A model generated the notes under the pieces. The model saw only the letters and a list, made by a program, of their open reading frames with translations, had not been told where the DNA came from and searched no databases. This document shows, piece after piece, positions 57,941 through 64,000 of a DNA stretch of 64,000 bases. Position 1 is the first letter of the stretch, and each line of letters opens with the position of its first letter. Source of the stretch: Candidatus Nealsonbacteria bacterium (lineage in GTDB: Bacteria; Patescibacteriota; Minisyncoccia; Minisyncoccales; JANBVM01); assembly GCA_047456295.1 (NCBI GenBank), contig CP179887.1, positions 175,159-239,158 on the forward strand, given 5' to 3'. The translations under genes were made by a program, and so were the position numbers.

Positions 57941-58020
57941 AGATTTTTATTCTCATTTTAATTTTAAAATTCATATTTTTGCTTTCTATTTTTTAAAAAA
58001 TTTTAGATTGCTGTATTTGT

Positions 58021-58836
58021 TCATTTTTTTGATTTTTTTAATTTTCCGCCTATAATTTCAAAAGCTTTTTTAATTTTCTTAAGGGTTTCCGAGTAATCTT
58101 CATTCCCTGTTTCAATTCGAAAGGGCTCGTAGTCAATGATACGAGAGTTTTCATCCATAATATGAACACCAATATCAAAAGATGTCCTATGGGGAGCTAA
58201 CCAAGAAAACTGACGACCTCTATATTTGAAGCCCACATAACTTTGAGTCGCATATTCTTCAATGTTCTCCCCAATATTTTTAATCTCTTTTCTAATTTTC
58301 TCAAAGAGTGGTCTAAGGGGCTTTTTCATTACATAGTTTTTCAACTCTTCAATTGTTTTTGGTCTCGAGGGAGCTTTTTCGACCTCAGGTAAAGAAACCT
58401 GATGGTAACATAGTCCCTGTTTCCCTTCATTTGTAGAAAGCACTGTGTGCTCATAAAGTTCTATATCTGGAACTACAAGAGTGCTAAGTCTCCTAATATC
58501 ATCAGAGAAATTCTCTGCAATCAATACTATGCGTGGATGCTCATTGGGGTCAATTTTCTTATCAGGAAACATCCCTGCAATAATATATCTTTCTTGATCT
58601 ATTGTATTGTAATACCTTAGTGCTTGAAATAAAATATTTTCATCTTCCTGGAGTTTAACTTCAATAATCACAAGACGACCACCACTATCTACGCATAAAA
58701 AATCAGGTATCCCTTTCAGGCTGTCAAATTCGTATTTAATAAGAATCAACCCCTCTTCAAGAGCGTCAAGTTCTTTTTCTATTAAGCTGTGTAGTTCTTT
58801 TTCGTCTTTTATCTTAATTTTCTTTAGTATCGCCAT
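58021..58836 (-). CDS. PD-(D/E)xK nuclease, NucS/DUF91 (Shedu-like) N-terminal domain plus uncharacterised C-terminal domain
   Basis: LEEGLILIKYEFDSLKGIPDFLCVDSGGRLVIIEVKLQ...FQALRYY (D...ExK...Q..Y). Confidence 0.7.
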   Translation of the reverse strand: MAILKKIKIKDEKELHSLIEKELDALEEGLILIKYEFDSLKGIPDFLCVDSGGRLVIIEVKLQEDENILFQALRYYNTIDQERYIIAGMFPDKKIDPNEHPRIVLIAENFSDDIRRLSTLVVPDIELYEHTVLSTNEGKQGLCYHQVSLPEVEKAPSRPKTIEELKNYVMKKPLRPLFEKIRKEIKNIGENIEEYATQSYVGFKYRGRQFSWLAPHRTSFDIGVHIMDENSRIIDYEPFRIETGNEDYSETLKKIKKAFEIIGGKLKKSKK

Positions 58837-58897
58837 ATTTTATTTCTCAATTAATTTTTCGACCTATTTCTCCAATTTCTGGTTAAATTTTGATTTT

Positions 58898-59710
58898 CTA
58901 TTTTTGTTTAGACAGTTCTTTAATAAAATTTTCAAGCAACAAAGCACTTAATGCGATTTGCCTTTTATCTAAGCGTGAAACAGTTTCATATAAAGTTAAC
59001 TTTTTCCGTTTTTTCGTTTTTTTCTGAGACACTATCCAGACAACACCATCTAAGATTGCTACTCGGAGAGCTTTCTTTCCTTTGTTTTTAATAAAAGCAA
59101 TTGTTTCTCTGAATCCTTTATGTTGAGTCCCTCCGCTTGCAGTAATGAATTTAGCCTCGCCGATTATAAAACGATCTTTTATTCTTAAAACCATATCAAG
59201 ACCTTTTTGTCCACGATAACCTAATTCTTCTTTTGCAAATTTCTTCAATGTAGCATCACCGCCATCTAATATTGCAATATTCTTGTATTTTAAAAAATTA
59301 TCTTTAGCTAAAACAGGATATCCTAGCACGGATAGCCATTTTTTAAACATCTGCCCTAATTGACGAGAAGGAGATTTAGGTCTACTTGCCCCTATAAAAA
59401 TTTCCTTTAGGCCCATGCTGAATAGTCTTTTTCCTATACGCTGAATTGTTTTTGGATTCTTATCTAATGCTTTTCGATCTTTTCTCAAGAAACCAATATA
59501 AGGATCGTCTATGGGAAACCTTTTAAGCTCCAATAAAGCCGAGATTAGATTTTTCTTATTTCTGGTCTTAAATACCTTTTTGATTCTTTCTTTTTCTTCT
59601 GGCTCTATCTTTCTCGGTAAGGTTAAATCAATAGGATATATTTTCGTTAAATTATCAAGATATTTCTCAGAACTAGCCAAAGTTATGCTCTTTTTGACCC
59701 ACTTATTCAT
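58898..59710 (-). CDS. putative type II restriction endonuclease (PD-(D/E)xK)
   Basis: 270 aa with GLDMVLRIKDRFIIGEAKF (D...EAK). One-nt overlap with the methyltransferase gene. Confidence 0.55.
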   Translation of the reverse strand: MNKWVKKSITLASSEKYLDNLTKIYPIDLTLPRKIEPEEKERIKKVFKTRNKKNLISALLELKRFPIDDPYIGFLRKDRKALDKNPKTIQRIGKRLFSMGLKEIFIGASRPKSPSRQLGQMFKKWLSVLGYPVLAKDNFLKYKNIAILDGGDATLKKFAKEELGYRGQKGLDMVLRIKDRFIIGEAKFITASGGTQHKGFRETIAFIKNKGKKALRVAILDGVVWIVSQKKTKKRKKLTLYETVSRLDKRQIALSALLLENFIKELSKQK

Positions 59711-60882
59711 TATAATAATTGTTGATTATTAACAGGATTAATTTTATTAAAATATATATAATTTATAAATTTGTAAACAAAATCAAAAGATACTCTTTTT
59801 CTGTTATTGTCTCGATAATTCGTCAGAAAGAGCGATAAATATTGGTCTCTCATTTTATTTAATTCTTGATTAAAAATATCGATAATCTTTTTTTGTTTTG
59901 CAATGGGGATTTTCTCCTTGAAAATAAGATGAATCATATGACGCGAAGATTCTTTGCTTATTAAACATTTAACGCCATATTTCCTTATATCTTCAAGAGA
60001 AATCTTGCCATTCTCCGTACCACTATCAATTGCTTTTAAGAAAATTATGTTTGACTTTATCGCATTGTAGAAATCTTCGGAAACTTTTATTGTTTTAGTA
60101 TCTTCTATGTGATTATGTGCAATTGGTATCTCTATCTGGCCTCTTTCTTCATCAACATCTTTTTCAACTAATCTATAAATCCCTAGCTCATTTTTTTGAT
60201 TCTTAATAGTATCTAAAAAATCACCGTGTATGTTCCAAGAACAATTCCTTTTTAATTTAATATTCAATATTTTATTCCCTGGATAAATACGCGTCTTAAT
60301 AGAGAATCTATCGTTTAGAGGATTTTTCTTCTTTTTATAATAGAACGCTATTACATTATTGGTGGTATCAGAAAAAACTGGATGTGTAAAATAATTCATT
60401 TCTACTATCTCAAATTTATGAAAGAATATATTTTTAATTTTTCTTGAATTTCTAGCCGATAAAAAATTTATTGGAACAATAACAATCCCCTCTTCGCTAT
60501 TAAGAATAGAGGAAAGAGAAATTTGGTATAAATCTTCAAATTCAAACTTGCTGAAATACTTTCGCTTTGTCTTTTTATTAGCTTTGTTAATGTTTAAATA
60601 AGGAGGATTAGTTAGAACAAATTTGTACTTTAATGGATTTAAGAGACTATCATTTAAAAAAACATCTTTGCCATTTATGCATCTGTTATCAATATCGTAA
60701 CCTATTACCTTTTTTGCTTTGTTGCGTCTTGCCCAATCAATTAAATCTCCTTCTCCAGCAAAAGGATCAACAATTTCTTTGCCTTCAATATATTTATCCA
60801 AATTTTTCAAAATGTAATTTGAATTTTTAGTCAAAAACTGCCCAAGTTGCTTTTTTTGTTTTATTGCTTGTTGTGATGACAT
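59710..60882 (-). CDS. N6-adenine DNA methyltransferase (gamma class, TaqI/Eco57I-like)
   Basis: LGQFLT (motif X), DPFAGEGDL (motif I), LTNPPYL (motif IV), and a C-terminal target-recognition region. Confidence 0.85.
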   Translation of the reverse strand: MSSQQAIKQKKQLGQFLTKNSNYILKNLDKYIEGKEIVDPFAGEGDLIDWARRNKAKKVIGYDIDNRCINGKDVFLNDSLLNPLKYKFVLTNPPYLNINKANKKTKRKYFSKFEFEDLYQISLSSILNSEEGIVIVPINFLSARNSRKIKNIFFHKFEIVEMNYFTHPVFSDTTNNVIAFYYKKKKNPLNDRFSIKTRIYPGNKILNIKLKRNCSWNIHGDFLDTIKNQKNELGIYRLVEKDVDEERGQIEIPIAHNHIEDTKTIKVSEDFYNAIKSNIIFLKAIDSGTENGKISLEDIRKYGVKCLISKESSRHMIHLIFKEKIPIAKQKKIIDIFNQELNKMRDQYLSLFLTNYRDNNRKRVSFDFVYKFINYIYFNKINPVNNQQLL

Positions 60883-60885
60883 ACC

Positions 60886-61158
60886 TTAAATATATTTCTG
60901 TTTTGGATTATATTTATCACGATATATTTTTTCCCATCTCTTCGCTTCTTGAGTACTACTTGTTGATTTATATCTAATAGTAGTAATGCCACGTTTAGTG
61001 TTTAATTGCTGTTTGATGCGGGTTTGTAAATTACCAGCATCTGCACTACCTACATACGGCAAATTATTCCCTCTATATAATAAATAAGCTCCTGACTGAT
61101 TGGGAATATCAGATAAGTTTTTAATTGTTGGTCTTAATTTTTTACTTAATTTTGCCAT
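60886..61158 (-). CDS. minimal GIY-YIG nuclease-domain protein
   Basis: 90 aa: GAYLLY...LPYVGSA...LQTRI...EAKRWE...KYNP. It ends 3 nt before the methyltransferase start. Paralog of 23612..23905. Confidence 0.7.
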   Translation of the reverse strand: MAKLSKKLRPTIKNLSDIPNQSGAYLLYRGNNLPYVGSADAGNLQTRIKQQLNTKRGITTIRYKSTSSTQEAKRWEKIYRDKYNPKQKYI

Positions 61159-61190
61159 AATTTGAATTCTAATTTATTTAATTAACATAT

Positions 61191-61802
61191 TTATAACTTT
61201 TTAATCATTTTACCGATCATTTGCATTTCATCAGTAAAAAGAATAATTTTATATTTAGGATTTTCCGGCTTTAAAAATTGATATGGGGGTTTGTCGTGGG
61301 AAATAAATCGCTTGACAGTAGTGCCATCAGGAGTCCGGACTAAAACAATATCTCCAGAAGAAAACTCATTTGTTTTTTTGAATAAAATCAAATCCCCGTC
61401 CTCGATACCAGCCCCTATCATTGAATCTCCAATAATTCTTGTGACGATTACATCATCAGAAATAATTTCTGTATCTTTTGATAAAGGCATCCAAGCATCA
61501 ATCTCTTCTATGGCTTCAGCAAAATCACCTGCTGAGGTAAAACCAACTATTGGCACTAAGGGTCTGACATTGATCGCTTTATAACCTTTCTTGAGAATTT
61601 TAATACCGCGAGCCAAAGCCTCACTTCTTTTAATGGTCCCTTGTTTCTTTAGTTTAGTCAAAAGGTCAATAATTGACTGATTTGAAGAAACATTTAACCT
61701 TTCTCTCATCTCCTCAAAAGTTGGTGGATAGCCAGTATCTTTTATATATTCGTAGATAATAGATAATAGTTCTTTTTGTCTTTTCGTAATATTTTTCTTC
61801 AT
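61191..61802 (-). CDS. lexA: LexA-type repressor (wHTH plus S24 autopeptidase)
   Basis: TKRQKELLSIIYEYIKDTGYPPTFEEMRERLNVSSNQSIIDLLTKL (LexA DNA-binding domain), GDSM (Ser) and VKRF (Lys). The ORF opens at 61814, but that ATG overlaps the predicted -10, so 61802 is preferred. Confidence 0.85.
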   Translation of the reverse strand: MKKNITKRQKELLSIIYEYIKDTGYPPTFEEMRERLNVSSNQSIIDLLTKLKKQGTIKRSEALARGIKILKKGYKAINVRPLVPIVGFTSAGDFAEAIEEIDAWMPLSKDTEIISDDVIVTRIIGDSMIGAGIEDGDLILFKKTNEFSSGDIVLVRTPDGTTVKRFISHDKPPYQFLKPENPKYKIILFTDEMQMIGKMIKKL

Positions 61803-61812
61803 ATCTTCTATC

Positions 61813-61842
61813 ATAATACCCGACTGTTTAGTCGGGTGTCAA
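61813..61842 (-). promoter_or_regulatory. lexA promoter with a palindromic operator in the spacer
   Basis: The minus strand reads TTGACA-CCCGACTAAACAGTCGGG-TATTAT. The palindrome ACCCGACT-N4-AGTCGGGT (61818-61837) fills the 18-nt spacer. Confidence 0.6.
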
Positions 61843-61920
61843 TGTGTTAGACTGTGGATAACTTTCTCATGTATTCACAACCTCCTTCTGGTTTTTCTTA
61901 ATTTTTCTTATCAACTGAAT

Positions 61921-63258
61921 TCAATCTAATTTTTCTTCAATTGTGTAGTTTAAATTAAGAACATTTTGAATAAAAAATGCGTGCCAATTTTTATATACTC
62001 GTATAGACACTTTATTTATTTTAGACACTTCACTATCACTAAATTTATTAATTTCGTTTTTCACAGAATCGCATAGTTTTGCGATGTCAGAAAAAAATAC
62101 ATACTTATTAGGTATTTTGATCGTATCCAAAAAACCTCGTTCAATATTCTTTGGAATTTCGTCTAAATTTCTCTTCCAATATTTTTTCTCTCTATTGCTA
62201 ACAGGATTAACCCTTGACACCATGAAATCTTTCTTCCATTTATAGAAAACTTTCACCGCATCTTCGAAAAGATAACTAGAGATAATTGCTAAATCCAAAT
62301 CAGATCGTTTATGCATTAGTTGACCATATTTTTGAGGTGCGAGCGAATAGCCCAATCTTGCGCTTCCAACGAGCACGACATTTTTAGGGTGGATTTTAAG
62401 ACTTGACGCAATGAATTCTCTTAAATTCTCATAAAATAGAGACGATTTTTGAAATGACGCAGGAATTCCTTCTGATAAAAAACCACGCAAAAGAGCTTCT
62501 TTTCCTTTTTCATCAAGCATTTTTCCTGCTTCTATGAAATTTCGCGGGGATGGATATCTGTCAATAAGCTTTTTATTTACTTCAGATCCTGGCAATAAAA
62601 AATCACGTTTTTGATCTATTTCAACTCTTGTTGTAAGTAAAGCTTTTTCCAACAAAGAAGCTATTTTGTGTCTCCTCTTTTCGAATGATTTTTTCCATTG
62701 ATCTGATTCAATGATTTGTTTTGGGTACCGAATTCTTGTAATTAGTCCTGCAGCCTGCTTAAGAGATAATGTTTCTAGATTACACTTTAAGTCATCGCAT
62801 GCTTTTTCAATTCCTTTCATCTGATAACCAAAATAAGCTATATTAAAATAAATCCCTAACACTTCTTTTTTTCTTAAAACATCTTTGACACATACGGCTA
62901 ATAATATTTCATGGATTTTTCGTCTGATAGTCCGTTCATATCTATTTGTGACAACTCTTATTAATTGTTGCTCTATGGTGCTACCTCCCTGTATTGTTCT
63001 ATGTCGTATATAATACCAAATTACTCGCAGAAGAGCCTTTAAGTCTATGCCTTTATGAGAAAAAAACCTTTCATCCTCTGCTACAACAAGTGCCCGAAAT
63101 AAAATTGGAGGAATTTTTTTCGACAACCTTTTATAATAATAGATAGCTTTTTCCCTTCTTAACCTTAAACGAAGAGCAAAAAGCTCTTCTTTTAATAACA
63201 TATATGCTACTTTATGAAGAATTCTACTCAGAACATCAATACTGTTTGTCTTTTCCAT
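61921..63258 (-). CDS. fusion protein: GT51 peptidoglycan-glycosyltransferase-like domain (no TM anchor) plus minimal nucleotidyltransferase-fold domain
   Basis: All five GT51 motifs are present: EDERFFSHKGID, GGSTIEQQ, RKIHEILLA, KKEVLGIYFN, RRHKIASLL. The C-terminal half has VVLVGSARLGYS-x14-SDLDLAII (a GS...DxD NTase signature). No hydrophobic helix in the first 60 aa. Confidence 0.7.
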   Translation of the reverse strand: MEKTNSIDVLSRILHKVAYMLLKEELFALRLRLRREKAIYYYKRLSKKIPPILFRALVVAEDERFFSHKGIDLKALLRVIWYYIRHRTIQGGSTIEQQLIRVVTNRYERTIRRKIHEILLAVCVKDVLRKKEVLGIYFNIAYFGYQMKGIEKACDDLKCNLETLSLKQAAGLITRIRYPKQIIESDQWKKSFEKRRHKIASLLEKALLTTRVEIDQKRDFLLPGSEVNKKLIDRYPSPRNFIEAGKMLDEKGKEALLRGFLSEGIPASFQKSSLFYENLREFIASSLKIHPKNVVLVGSARLGYSLAPQKYGQLMHKRSDLDLAIISSYLFEDAVKVFYKWKKDFMVSRVNPVSNREKKYWKRNLDEIPKNIERGFLDTIKIPNKYVFFSDIAKLCDSVKNEINKFSDSEVSKINKVSIRVYKNWHAFFIQNVLNLNYTIEEKLD

Positions 63259-63286
63259 AGTAATAAAGTAAGTAATTTAGTTTGTA

Positions 63287-64000
63287 CTACAACCCCCTCC
63301 TTATCTTCCTTAAACTTTCAATAATAAACGATAGCCAATACTTCTTATTTATCACAAAGTCTTGGGTTTTAACGTATTCTTTGCTTTTACCGCCGAAACC
63401 TTTTTTGAATAAACTCAAACCAAGCCATGGGTGTTTTTTAGCATTATCAGATACAATTCCCCAAAAATTAAATTTCTTACATCCTTTTCTCTTGGCTTGT
63501 TTGATTGCTTCCCAAAGCAATAAATATGAAACAGGAATTTTTGGATGTTTAAGTGAACTAGCACCGTGATGATAAAATCCTATACCCTGCCAGAAAATAA
63601 AAATTCCTGAAGCAACTACTTCATTATTATACTTTCCTAGCAAAATTGAAATCTGACCATCATTAGAAAAAGCTTTAAATTCATTTTTTAAATAATTAAG
63701 CGAAAAAGGCGTAAAATGCTGACGCGTTTTAGTTAGTTGATACAACCGGTTAAACTCTCCAACATCATTACTCGAAATAATTTCAACATTTTCTTTAATT
63801 GCTTTTTTAATAAGATACCTTGTGGTTTTTCGCATATTCTTCAATAATTCATTTTCGCTTGGAGTAATATCAAGCTCCCAGGTTAATTCTGGATGAATAT
63901 GAATTGGTGCATTTCTAAAACCTAATTTTTTAAAAATCTGTTTGTTTTCCTCATTTTTTAACCAAATAGGCGCAATCCTAATAAAACTCACTCCTTCCTC
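63287..64000 (-). CDS. FemAB-family aminoacyl-tRNA-dependent peptidoglycan peptidyltransferase (N-terminus beyond the window)
   Basis: RKTTRYLIKKA...FYHHGASS...PVSYLLLWEAIKQAKRKGCKKFNFWGI...GLSLFKKGFGG. The frame is open to the right window edge. Confidence 0.75.
   Translation of the reverse strand, partial: EEGVSFIRIAPIWLKNEENKQIFKKLGFRNAPIHIHPELTWELDITPSENELLKNMRKTTRYLIKKAIKENVEIISSNDVGEFNRLYQLTKTRQHFTPFSLNYLKNEFKAFSNDGQISILLGKYNNEVVASGIFIFWQGIGFYHHGASSLKHPKIPVSYLLLWEAIKQAKRKGCKKFNFWGIVSDNAKKHPWLGLSLFKKGFGGKSKEYVKTQDFVINKKYWLSFIIESLRKIRRGL

Noticed and set aside
61847-61870. 7-codon ORF (MRKLSTV) with a perfect GAAGGAGG Shine-Dalgarno upstream of the lexA promoter
   Set aside because: It is too short to call a gene and is possibly a relic start of a lost gene or a leader peptide. 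It is noted under the lexA operator finding only.
1-64000. CRISPR arrays, rRNA genes, transposases/IS elements, alternative genetic code (UGA recoding)
   Set aside because: No regularly spaced direct repeats, no rRNA-like conserved blocks and no DDE/IS110-type ORFs were seen. Long genes are uninterrupted under the standard code, and TGA serves as the stop at several overlapping gene junctions.

Overview
AT-rich, gene-dense bacterial window that uses the standard genetic code (TGA is a stop at overlapping junctions such as ATGA at 2873-2876). The small proteins and reduced enzymes suggest a Candidate Phyla Radiation (Parcubacteria/Microgenomates-like) genome, but this is inference. The core backbone has four parts. 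(1) A dcw-type cell-wall cluster at 2.9-18.4 kb holds murC, a D-Ala-D-Ala carboxypeptidase, mraY, a PP-loop protein, murD, ftsW and murG, together with nadE, a two-component pair, aspS and gltX. (2) A minus-strand housekeeping block at 37-47.4 kb holds cutA, uppS, an FAD reductase, pyrG, rplI, an S41 protease, tRNA-Lys(UUU), dnaJ, dnaK, a DUF3467-like gene, grpE and hrcA behind a canonical CIRCE operator. (3) corA plus three tandem GT-C membrane glycosyltransferases and an ftsQ-like gene. (4) An AmmeMemoRadiSam-type radical SAM gene and an HMG-CoA synthase at the left edge. Two regions are accessory. Region A (20.6-36.3 kb) starts with a tyrosine recombinase bracketed by about 100-bp inverted repeats. 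It is punctuated by further copies of a 12-16-nt core (ATTGTGCGACATTTAT) and a conserved hairpin, which divide small gene groups. One group is a radical SAM/SPASM enzyme with an unannotated 38-aa Cys-rich peptide, a likely RiPP locus. Region B (54.4-64 kb) is a single-strand gene string. It runs FemAB-like, an anchorless GT51 transglycosylase fused to an NTase domain, lexA with a novel palindromic operator, a mini GIY-YIG protein, an N6-adenine methyltransferase, a PD-(D/E)xK endonuclease, a NucS/Shedu-like nuclease, and an SbcD/SbcC-like pair. No rRNA, CRISPR array or transposase was seen.
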